Shown here piece by piece: positions 19,001 through 26,762 of a DNA stretch of 44,320 nucleotides. Every line of letters begins with the position of its first letter. Within the stretch, counting starts at the first letter, position 1. Both the position numbers and the translations under genes were made by a program. The notes beneath the pieces are model-generated. The model had not been told where the DNA came from. It saw nothing but the letters and a program-made list of their open reading frames with translations, and made no database searches. This stretch comes from an uncultured Clostridia bacterium (GTDB lineage Bacteria; Bacillota; Clostridia; TANB77; CAG-508): positions 1 to 44,320 of the forward strand of contig CALXCH010000003.1 in NCBI GenBank assembly GCA_944386735.1. Direction: 5' to 3'.

Positions 19001-19918
19001 TCTTAATTTTCCTGTTGTTGGTATATCATAATCAAATGTTAAATCTATAGTCTGAGTAATTTTATAAGGTTCCCTAATTAACATGTTTTGTAAATATCCT
19101 TCTGTTGCTTCTAAGAACCATATATTTACACCTAATAACTCTACTTGAGATTTAGCTGTAACTCTACTTATTTTAGTAACACTTCCATCTATTGGTATTG
19201 AAATATAAAAGTCAGTTCCTGATTTTATACCACTAGCATCAAAGAAGTTTTCTGTTGTTCCAGAGAAGCTACTATATAATTTTTCTGATACCGGATTAGA
19301 ATCTTGGTCATACACATTTACTTCTGTTAATGTTCCTGCAAAAGTCCAATTAAATGGTCCTATCCTCATATAACTTTTTCCGTCTTTTTGATATGCCACT
19401 ACTTGAATATTGTCTTTATTAGTATTATCTGTTGCATTATCAATATTTGCAATCTGATTTGCATAGTTTATCGCTGCTTGGTCTGCCCAAGTTGGTTTTC
19501 CATGTGCACTTCCTGCAAATCCTTTATATAGTCCTGCATGATATTGTCCAACATTATTCATCCAAGTATATCCAAAATTCCATACACCATTTGCAACTGG
19601 ACCAGCTTCCTTTGGTGACCCATTATTTTGAGATAATATATATGCAAATCTAGCATTGTCCAAACTATCTATTGTCTTTCCCGTTTGATCTGTTGATTTA
19701 GTTCCTTCTATTTTTACATTTGATATAACTTTGTAATACATAAGACTTTTTATAGATTGTCCATGCTCCATACAAAATATATTATTACTACTATAATATT
19801 GGCTACTTGTTAGTGTAACAGTCTGCCCTACATAATATGCAGTTGAGATTGTTGCTATACCTAATATTGCTATAATTGTTGTGACCATAGCAATTGCTAT
19901 TTTCTTTAATCTACTCAT
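16013..19918 (-). CDS. B-type large surface protein (1301 aa): SpaA/Cna-B-like and SdrD-B-like domains with a TPSTG sorting-like signal
   Basis: Signal peptide MSRLKKIAIAMVTTIIAILGIATISTA. Motifs GKLRIVKVNKDNTE...GTYTAYET, KLSGIVWVDKISGK and LDGKVFLDETSGEL. C-terminus VTPSTGNN, then TM, then KKRALGNKDK. Strong SD AAAGGAGGGG lies 21 nt after the upstream gene's stop. Confidence 0.85.
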   Translation of the reverse strand: MSRLKKIAIAMVTTIIAILGIATISTAYYVGQTVTLTSSQYYSSNNIFCMEHGQSIKSLMYYKVISNVKIEGTKSTDQTGKTIDSLDNARFAYILSQNNGSPKEAGPVANGVWNFGYTWMNNVGQYHAGLYKGFAGSAHGKPTWADQAAINYANQIANIDNATDNTNKDNIQVVAYQKDGKSYMRIGPFNWTFAGTLTEVNVYDQDSNPVSEKLYSSFSGTTENFFDASGIKSGTDFYISIPIDGSVTKISRVTAKSQVELLGVNIWFLEATEGYLQNMLIREPYKITQTIDLTFDYDIPTTGKLRIVKVNKDNTEVKLPGVGFYIMNNELGKYIKQDENGNIAYVDTREEATEFITDENGEIYIEGLVVGTYTAYETQNPNYGYEFLTDGQVTTITAGDTTEFQIANKQIYVKLSGIVWVDKISGKQSYRNDLFKDNDYDDADILLDGITVRLKDRTTGETVMETTTADGGAYLFMDVLIEKLQDYYIEFEYDGLTYTNVIPHIDRDNGSKSAENPTVRDEFNKKFSSVEGGSTEDTGITLDENGNKVYDLSYNLDQNEHTATLINNGQYLITGNTDETGYSIWDHFTYGMEEIKWINQGLYEREQPDMALIKDLQNVRVAVNGYQHVYDYSQRFVNQGEYGDGFNVGVKFGNKYGSMSYTRAIYKADYEYINEEDPSKELKVYATYRIALRNESTNLISQINSIVDYYDSNYTLLRVGTALDENGSITGDELTHTDTAYNDEYAKTVIDTNTRLDPQSTADIYIEFQLSREQVVNLINDGEVLDNVVEINSYSTFDADGNVYAGIDKDSNPANATPGNEATYQDDTDSAPGFKLEVADARKLDGKVFLDETSGELMTGEIRQGSGAYEDGEPGIEGVEVTLTENTGSGKVYTTTTDSNGDFQITDYIPGDYTLTYTWGDDTYTVQNYKGTVYDSSRDQTNKQWFKEDVDTRKTDAIDDYELRQKIDDEIKHITNSTQTTIDKMNSTTPTMGIGVEYDSVYTASSGDRYTYEIHNVDFGIVERARQKLAMTKRVKSVKVTLANGQVIIDATFDEDGNITGQAEHLTHMGPSETANPQNGYVRLEIDNEIVQGATLEVSYEVKATNLSELDYLSENYYKYGIVEGDVVTITPSAIIDYLDNDWAFDNAANPDWQVKTPDEIKDLVAEVVYNNENSTINEKTILYTESLKEHNLKPTEEAAADLAVSRLLSTANETYVDNETEVVTLDKTGGAKPTEIPGNYIPGSGHTEIDDNMAETVIVTPSTGNNLAFIVPTIVGVVALVILGVGVFLIKKRALGNKDK

Positions 19919-19939
19919 TTGAACTTCCCCTCCTTTCTT

Positions 19940-22900
19940 TTATATTTCCTCTTTATTTTTTCTTCTTTTTATTACTATAAAAACTATTACTCCTAAAACT
20001 GCAACTACTGCTATAGTTATTCCGATATAAACTGCTCCACCCGTTCTAAGTCCTAAAAGAACATCTGCTGAGCCCATATCATTTTCGCCATTTGCTCTAT
20101 TTCCTGGTGTTGAATTACTATCTGCTAATCCTAGTTCATTATAGCTTTCCTTTATCTCTGCTGTATTGTTAATTAATCCCAAATTATCATTTGTCATGTT
20201 TTTAGTTAATGTTAATGCTACTTCTTTTGATTCTCCCGGTTTAATTACATCATTTGCCAAACTTGCATTATATAGTCCATCTGAAGTTTGATACCAATCT
20301 TTATTCATCTCTGAGTTGAATTTCAAATCATTTGGCATATAATCTACAATGCTTCTAACATATCCGTCTACTTCTCCTACGTTGCTTACTCTAATTTTGT
20401 ATTCTATTAATACCGTTGCTCCATTTACTCTTTTTGCATCAAGTTCTGCCCTTGCTAATGTTTCATCATTATATTCTTTCACTGTACTTCCAGTTGAATC
20501 TTGTATAATTATTTTGCTAACAAATTTTTCAAGTTTTAAATCAAAGTTTTGTAATTTTACAAATCCTATATTAATATCTGAAACATTTCCTTCACTCATA
20601 TCTAGAATATCTGTTGATGCAACACTTTGAGTTTGTCCATCTACATTTAAGTCCTTCATCATTGCGTCAGAATTATTTGTTTCACTTACACCTTCTGCTT
20701 TATATTTTGTTAATGTATATGCTGAATTATCATAATCAAATATTACAATATATTTTCCTCTTCCTATATGGTCTAATACATATACACCATTTTCATTAGT
20801 TGTTGCTTCTAATATGCTTCCATCTTGCTTACTTACTAAATTATTTGTTTCTGTATTATATAATTGTACTTTTACTCCACTTATTAATTGTTCTCCACTA
20901 TCTTTTTGTCCATTTGCATTTTCGTCAAACCATGCAACACCTGTTATAATTCCATTTCCATTTGCCACATCATTATTGCTTCCATTATTTTCACCTGGAT
21001 TTTCAGTTCCTCCACCTTGATTCTCATTTGCTTCAATTATATGTGTAATCTCTGGTGCTGTAGCAACTGTTTCAGCTAATACTTCTGCATGTGCTACATT
21101 TGTAATTGCTTCTGCTTCAGTTCTTCCTTCAGAGAAATTAACAACTGTTTCAATTTCTACTGTGTTTTCAGAACCGGCAGCAATATTACATCTTAATTCA
21201 ATATTATTATTTCCTGCTAATTCTGTAGCTTCTTCACCATCAAATGTTACTTTATTTACTGTTAAGCTTGATGGTATAGTATCTTTTAATACTAAATCAC
21301 TAATATCTTCTGTTCCGTTATTTTTAATATTTATAACATATTTTAATGTATCTCCAGCTTTTAAATAATCTCCATCTGGATCAGCTGTCATTGATAAAGA
21401 TATATCAACTTTTCTTACATCATCTGTTACTACATTTGAACGATATTCATCTTTTCCTATGTCTGCTACTACAGAGAAATTAACTGCTGATGCATTATTT
21501 AATTTATCAATCTTCATATCATAGCTTAATACTTTATTTTGTCCTGGTTCTAATGAACCTATATTTATATTATCTTGATAATCTATTAATTCTGAAGTAA
21601 CGTTACTACTATTATTTGAGGTTAACTCATCTTCTGTAACCTCTACTGGTTCTCCTACTGTCTCTACTCCTGAACTTACGCTTTGAAGATCTTCATCTGT
21701 TACTTCTTCTGAAGACATATTTGTAATCAAGTTTAATCTAGCTACTTCTAAAGTGTCTGGTAAATTTGTTTTAACTGTTACATCTTTTTGTGTCTCATCA
21801 GAAATATTTTCTACTATAGCTAAATATTGGATTACTCCTGCTTCATATAAATCAACACTTCTATCTGTTACTCTTTTTACAGTTACACGAATATCTCCAC
21901 TTGCTGTTGTTAAACTTGTTTCACCAGATTCTTTAGTTACATCTCCATATGTTATACTTGATTTACTTACTAAATTTGTTCCTGCTGGTGTATCATTATT
22001 TACTCTTACCTCATACTCTTTTGTTACAACTTCTCCTACTTTTAAAGTATCTATTGTATCTTCATAAGTTCTGCTATCTAATTCTTTATAGTAAGAAGCT
22101 CCTGTATATTCAAAGTTATCTTCGGGTTCCACTAATGTAGTTCCTTCTGGTACTATTCCTTTAACTGCTACGTTATTTATATCAACACTACCTTCATTTG
22201 AAACTTCTATTTTATATTTAATAACTTCACCATTCTTAACTGTTCCACCATTATTTTGGTTTGCATCTGCTACACTAGCTGTTAATTTTGTCTCTAAATC
22301 AGGTCCTACACCTGTTTCTAAATCAATCTTTGTAGCTTTCATTTGATTTGTAGCTTTTGTTAATGAATTTTGATAATCTACTGTATAGTCTTGGCTAGCT
22401 TCTTGGTTATATTCTAGAGAAGCTGGCACATTTGTTGTATAAGTAGCTTCTATACTTGCTCCAGATTCCATTGTAGGTACTTCAATTAAATATTTTCTAA
22501 CTTTTGCGCCATCTGTTATATTTTCTTGCCATCCATTTTCTCCATTTTGTACGTCATCTGTTGCATTTTCATTTTCTGTATAATATACTTTTGCACCTTC
22601 TACTCCTTGAACATTAAGTCCTTGAGTTACAGTTGTATCTATATTATTTTCATTACTTTTTGTTGGAAATGTTCCTAAAACTTTTACATTTTCCATAGCA
22701 TTTTCATTACTATTTATTACTTCTATTTGTGTTTGTAAATCTTTTGCATCTGTTCCTCTATCAAGTGTTACTACTTTTGTATCTTGTTCTCCAATTGTTT
22801 CTACACCTAAATCGGAAATAGAATGAATTACTGTCATATCTGTTGGTGCAACTACTCTTATATCTTTATCAGAAGTTATTACTTCTCCTTTATTTTCTAC

Positions 22901-24757
22901 TGTCATTGTTACTTTTGCATCTTGTGTTGCTGTTCTTCTATTTACCTCTGCAGTAGCATCTATAACAAGTATAGCACCATCTATTCCAGCCTCTTTATAA
23001 CTTGTTTGCTTTCCTGCAAGCTCTACTGTAATTGTTCTTCCATTCGCACTATAATTTGCAATAGATAATTCAGTTTCATAAATTAAATCTATACTATTTA
23101 TTGTAATGTTTTCTACTGGTTCTGGTAATTCAAAAGTAATTTTTGGATTTTCATATAAGTTATATTGCTCTTGATTATTCTTTAATGTTGCTCTTATTTC
23201 TACATCATTTGGTATTACTGTTGATAATGTATCTTTATTTACTTCTAAATCAGCTTCTGTTTTTGCTTCTTCTAATCCTATTTTTGCTTCCATATTATTT
23301 GTTACTGTTCCATTGTAACTAACAGTTGCATTTGATACTAATTCTACTGCATTTTTAACACTTTCTTCTTGTCCAGCTTTTATTGTTTTTGTATGTATAA
23401 ATACTAAATCTCCTTCAGCTATTGGCGTTGTCGTTTTTATTTCTAAGCTTGATGGTTCTTTTCCAGTATAATCAATTATTAAATTTCCATTTTCATCTGT
23501 TTGTGTTTGTGAATTTATTGTTCCTAATACCATACCACTTTCGTTTAATATTGTTATACTTCCATTTTGACCTAATATTTTATCAAAACTACTCTTTGAT
23601 ATAGTTGTTTTATTATAAACAACATTTGCTGCAAGTGTTCCACCATCTACTAAATTATAATAACTTGCATTTTCTTTTACAGAAATACTTTCTTCACTAT
23701 TTGCTAAGTTTACGCTTAATTTTGTTTTTGTTTCAAATGCTCTATCTAAAGAAGCATTTATTTTTCCTTTATAAATTGAACTTTCTGTAGCTGTATTACT
23801 TATTTGAATTAAAGAATCTTTTTCCTCTGCTCCTATTTCTATTGTATTTGAAACTTTTATTTCTTTATCATTATATAATTTTACAGTTTCTTCTATCGGT
23901 AATCTTGCATTCTCCAAGTTTTCATCTTTATCATAAACTAAAGTTAGAATTACATTTTCACATCCTGATTTTTTCCATAAGATTTTGTTTTCGTTATTTG
24001 GTTCGTTTGTAAATTTTAAAGTTACTTTGTCTTCATCACTGTTATAATCAAAATGTGTCATTGTATTGAAATTAGCTTTTGTTACAACTTCTGGAATGCT
24101 TTTTGCTTCTGGTAAAGCAACATCTGTACTTATTTCTTTTATTGGATAATTATTTTCTTTTAATCCCATATTCATAGAAATTTGCACAACTCTTTTTTCT
24201 TCACCATTTACTTTAACAACTTTATTTGTAATTACTTCTGCTGTATTTTCTACACTTTCTTCATTATTGTTTTCGGCATATTCTAACTTAATTTTTCTTG
24301 TTGCCTCAATATTTATGTCTTTTTCTGTACTATCTCTATAAATACCTGTTAATTTTAAGCTTGATTCCGCACTTAATAAACCTGCATCTAAACTATCATC
24401 TTTTACAGGTTCTATTTCTACATCAATACTTGCTGTACTTCCTGCATTTATTTGATTTAGTGTTATTTTATTACCTTCTATTTTATTTACGTATTCACTA
24501 GTAGATTTTTTTAATTTAAAATTACTATTTTCTAAAGTAATTTCCCCATTAAAATATCCTTCATTTTTTACAGTTATTGTTAATGTTAATAGACTTTCAC
24601 TTTTTAATTCAGCTGTATATTCTATATTTCTATGATTAGTAGAAATATTTTCAGCTGCTAAACTTACAAAGCCTACTCCAACATAAATAAAATTAATCAT
24701 TGTTAGAGTAACTAACAATAACATTACTGTTATTATTTTTATAATTTTACTTTTCAT
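19940..24757 (-). CDS. A-type large surface protein (1605 aa): multiple DUF11-like beta-sandwich repeats plus one SdrD-B-like domain, C-terminal TM anchor
   Basis: SD AAGGAGG and a signal/anchor N-terminus. DUF11-type motifs (GEVIKYKIEVSNEGSVDINNVAVKGIVPEG, GDTLKYVINIKNNGTEDISDLVLKDTIPSSL). SdrD-B-like GVAWFDENANGQKDSGEQLISGV. C-terminus NSTPGNRANGENDMGSADVLLGLRTGG, then TM, then KRRKNKEEI. Confidence 0.85.
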   Translation of the reverse strand: MKSKIIKIITVMLLLVTLTMINFIYVGVGFVSLAAENISTNHRNIEYTAELKSESLLTLTITVKNEGYFNGEITLENSNFKLKKSTSEYVNKIEGNKITLNQINAGSTASIDVEIEPVKDDSLDAGLLSAESSLKLTGIYRDSTEKDINIEATRKIKLEYAENNNEESVENTAEVITNKVVKVNGEEKRVVQISMNMGLKENNYPIKEISTDVALPEAKSIPEVVTKANFNTMTHFDYNSDEDKVTLKFTNEPNNENKILWKKSGCENVILTLVYDKDENLENARLPIEETVKLYNDKEIKVSNTIEIGAEEKDSLIQISNTATESSIYKGKINASLDRAFETKTKLSVNLANSEESISVKENASYYNLVDGGTLAANVVYNKTTISKSSFDKILGQNGSITILNESGMVLGTINSQTQTDENGNLIIDYTGKEPSSLEIKTTTPIAEGDLVFIHTKTIKAGQEESVKNAVELVSNATVSYNGTVTNNMEAKIGLEEAKTEADLEVNKDTLSTVIPNDVEIRATLKNNQEQYNLYENPKITFELPEPVENITINSIDLIYETELSIANYSANGRTITVELAGKQTSYKEAGIDGAILVIDATAEVNRRTATQDAKVTMTVENKGEVITSDKDIRVVAPTDMTVIHSISDLGVETIGEQDTKVVTLDRGTDAKDLQTQIEVINSNENAMENVKVLGTFPTKSNENNIDTTVTQGLNVQGVEGAKVYYTENENATDDVQNGENGWQENITDGAKVRKYLIEVPTMESGASIEATYTTNVPASLEYNQEASQDYTVDYQNSLTKATNQMKATKIDLETGVGPDLETKLTASVADANQNNGGTVKNGEVIKYKIEVSNEGSVDINNVAVKGIVPEGTTLVEPEDNFEYTGASYYKELDSRTYEDTIDTLKVGEVVTKEYEVRVNNDTPAGTNLVSKSSITYGDVTKESGETSLTTASGDIRVTVKRVTDRSVDLYEAGVIQYLAIVENISDETQKDVTVKTNLPDTLEVARLNLITNMSSEEVTDEDLQSVSSGVETVGEPVEVTEDELTSNNSSNVTSELIDYQDNINIGSLEPGQNKVLSYDMKIDKLNNASAVNFSVVADIGKDEYRSNVVTDDVRKVDISLSMTADPDGDYLKAGDTLKYVINIKNNGTEDISDLVLKDTIPSSLTVNKVTFDGEEATELAGNNNIELRCNIAAGSENTVEIETVVNFSEGRTEAEAITNVAHAEVLAETVATAPEITHIIEANENQGGGTENPGENNGSNNDVANGNGIITGVAWFDENANGQKDSGEQLISGVKVQLYNTETNNLVSKQDGSILEATTNENGVYVLDHIGRGKYIVIFDYDNSAYTLTKYKAEGVSETNNSDAMMKDLNVDGQTQSVASTDILDMSEGNVSDINIGFVKLQNFDLKLEKFVSKIIIQDSTGSTVKEYNDETLARAELDAKRVNGATVLIEYKIRVSNVGEVDGYVRSIVDYMPNDLKFNSEMNKDWYQTSDGLYNASLANDVIKPGESKEVALTLTKNMTNDNLGLINNTAEIKESYNELGLADSNSTPGNRANGENDMGSADVLLGLRTGGAVYIGITIAVVAVLGVIVFIVIKRRKNKEEI

Positions 24758-24970
24758 AATAAACCTCCTTAGTTCATACTATCTCTATTTACTATTATAA
24801 CCTTTATTGGTAGATTTTTCAAGGTTTTTGTGCATTTTTTTGAACTTTTTATGTAAATTTTTCCTTTTGAATAAATTTTTTACCTATACTTGTAACATTT
24901 TATATTTTGTCTGCATATTATATTTCATAGATAAGATTAATTTGCATATATTTAAGTAGAGGTGATTTAT

Positions 24971-25417
24971 TTGGATAATAATTTTAATATAGATAATAAT
25001 ACAATGAATAAACTAAATGATATGATGAAAAATGGAGACGTTAAAGATTTAATTTCTAAAATTCCTCCAGAAATGATACAAAATTTTTCGTCTATAATGA
25101 ATAACAACGGTAGCAACAGCAACAACAATAGCAACATTAATACAAATGATAATGAAAACAATAATAGCAATAACTCTAACAATAATAATAATTCTAATTC
25201 TTTTGATTTTAGTAATATTGATATGAATACTATTATGAAAATGAAAACTATTATGGAAAAAATGAATAATACAAATGATCCTAGGAGTAATTTACTTGCT
25301 TCTTTAAAGCCATATCTGCGTGATAACAAAAAGGAAAAATTAGACCAATATGCTAATCTAATCAATTTTGCTAAAATTGCCGAAATTTTAAAAAATGATA
25401 ATAAGGAGCCTAAATAA
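24971..25417 (+). CDS. small Asn/Ser-rich low-complexity protein, function unknown
   Basis: SD AGAGGTGA, then 5 nt, then TTG 24971 (track start GTG 24962 lies inside the SD). Central poly-N/S tract (NNNGSNSNNNSNINTNDNENNNSNNSNNNNNSNS). Structured C-terminus DPRSNLLASLKPYLRDNKKEKLDQYANLINFAKI. Confidence 0.55.
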   Translation: MDNNFNIDNNTMNKLNDMMKNGDVKDLISKIPPEMIQNFSSIMNNNGSNSNNNSNINTNDNENNNSNNSNNNNNSNSFDFSNIDMNTIMKMKTIMEKMNNTNDPRSNLLASLKPYLRDNKKEKLDQYANLINFAKIAEILKNDNKEPK

Positions 25418-25815
25418 TGCCAGTTTTCCCTTTCTCTCCTTTCTATCCTAATTATTATAAACGTTATTATCCTCATTATTATACAAATAATGGGGATATT
25501 CAAAATAACTCTAATCCTAATAAAGATAATGAAAATCAAAGCCAAGAAGAAACAAACGAAAAGGATGAAAAAAGAGGACAAGAAAGAGAAAGTAGAAATA
25601 GCAATAAAAAAAGAGCACCTAAAAATAATTCCTTTGCTAACATTAATCTTTCTGCATTACTAGAATCCGATTTAAATTCTCCAGTTGTAGAAATATTAGG
25701 TATAAAATTATATTTAGATGACCTTATTATAATTGGTTTATTATTTTTTCTTTATAAAGAAGATGTACAAGATGAAATTTTATTTGGTATTTTACTATTG
25801 TTATTACTAAGTTAG
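25417..25815 (+). CDS. small Tyr/Pro-rich protein with a hydrophobic C-terminus, function unknown
   Basis: Its ATG overlaps the upstream stop (TAATG), and SD AAGGAG lies 8 nt upstream. N-terminus MPVFPFSPFYPNYYKRYYPHYY. C-terminal hydrophobic LIIIGLLFFLY...LFGILLLLLLS. Confidence 0.55.
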   Translation: MPVFPFSPFYPNYYKRYYPHYYTNNGDIQNNSNPNKDNENQSQEETNEKDEKRGQERESRNSNKKRAPKNNSFANINLSALLESDLNSPVVEILGIKLYLDDLIIIGLLFFLYKEDVQDEILFGILLLLLLS

Positions 25816-25816
25816 T

Positions 25817-26431
25817 TTATTCTATTATGATTTTATCATCTACTACACTAAGATACGCTTGCTTATGTAGTGGTTCTTCATCACGGTTAATTTCTTTTAC
25901 TATATTTGCAATTCTAACCTGCACAGCATCAAATAATCCTGCTGCTATAATTGCTTGTTTATTTCCTTTAGCTCCTGCATGAGCAAGTCCTCTTAATGCT
26001 CCTAAAACAACTATATTATCAGATGCCATTACTTCTGCTCCAGAATTTACATCTCCTATTATTACTAAGCTTCCTTCTGTTTCTAGTTTTTGCCCTGATC
26101 TTAAAGAACCTCTATGAAATTTTGTTTCTGATACTGCTATTTCTTTATCAAAAGCTCTCTTAATGCTGGAAAGTCCTAAGCTTTTAGGCATATCAAAATC
26201 TATATCTACATCAATTTTGTCTTTTATTATTGCTTGTATTTCATCAATTTCTTTATTTTTTAATATTTTTCCTGTAACCCTTATTGGTGTTTTTTCATCT
26301 TTATATAGTTTTTTTAGTTCCGGTAATTTCTTTTTTAATGTAGAAATTATTTGCCCTTGTTCTGCATTTTCATCTAATTTTATTACTATTTCATCTTTTC
26401 TTAAATTAATACTCACATAGTTATTTTTCAT
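25817..26431 (-). CDS. minC: septum site-determining protein MinC
   Basis: C-terminal beta-helix motif: GSLRSGQKLETEGSLVIIGDVNSGAEVMASDNIVVLGALRGLAHAG. Length of 204 aa and position downstream of mreBCD-pbp2 both fit. Confidence 0.85.
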   Translation of the reverse strand: MKNNYVSINLRKDEIVIKLDENAEQGQIISTLKKKLPELKKLYKDEKTPIRVTGKILKNKEIDEIQAIIKDKIDVDIDFDMPKSLGLSSIKRAFDKEIAVSETKFHRGSLRSGQKLETEGSLVIIGDVNSGAEVMASDNIVVLGALRGLAHAGAKGNKQAIIAAGLFDAVQVRIANIVKEINRDEEPLHKQAYLSVVDDKIIIE

Positions 26432-26552
26432 TTTTACATCCTTCCATTTTTTACAAATTTACACTTAAAATATAATATAGATTTTTCCTATTGTCAATAA
26501 AAATTAAAAACGAAATCACTTTTACTTTTTAATTCTTATTAATTTTTTAGTT

Positions 26553-26570
26553 TGTCGACAGGTTTCGACA
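26553..26570 (-). promoter_or_regulatory. two direct-repeat Spo0A-box-like heptamers spaced 10 bp, upstream of minC
   Basis: Minus strand reads cTGTCGAAaccTGTCGACaaa: TGTCGAA at 26570-26564 and TGTCGAC at 26560-26554. Confidence 0.35.
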
Positions 26571-26762
26571 GATTTTTTCAAAATTTCTGTGCTAAAATAT
26601 CTTTATTACAGTTGCGCAGCTGTTAATTTTAATTCAATAATTTGTTTTCGAAAGATTTTTTTCGTATAGAAATCAAAATAAAGCAAAAACAATTTAATAA
26701 AATTTTACCCCAAGGGGTTGCTTTTTGTATACCTTTTTGGTAAAATGGAAAGGAAGTAATAA

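Noticed and set aside
19528-19837. Possible internal thioester domain in the 1301-aa protein, suggested by the F-C-M-E cysteine context.
   Set aside because: I could not find the partner Gln motif (TQxA[IV]W). The nearest look-alike (PVANGVW) lacks the Gln. It is kept only as an open question under findings, not called as a feature.
6638-24757. Diversity-generating retroelement or CRISPR-like periodicity within the repetitive adhesin genes.
   Set aside because: There is no reverse transcriptase gene and no template/variable repeat pair. The periodic signals are protein-domain repeats with diverged nucleotide sequence, not spacer-repeat arrays.
24967-25581. 204-aa minus-strand ORF covering the two small plus-strand genes.
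   Set aside because: The translation is extreme low complexity (runs of L, I, F). It has no SD, whereas the two plus-strand ORFs each have an SD and are translationally coupled.
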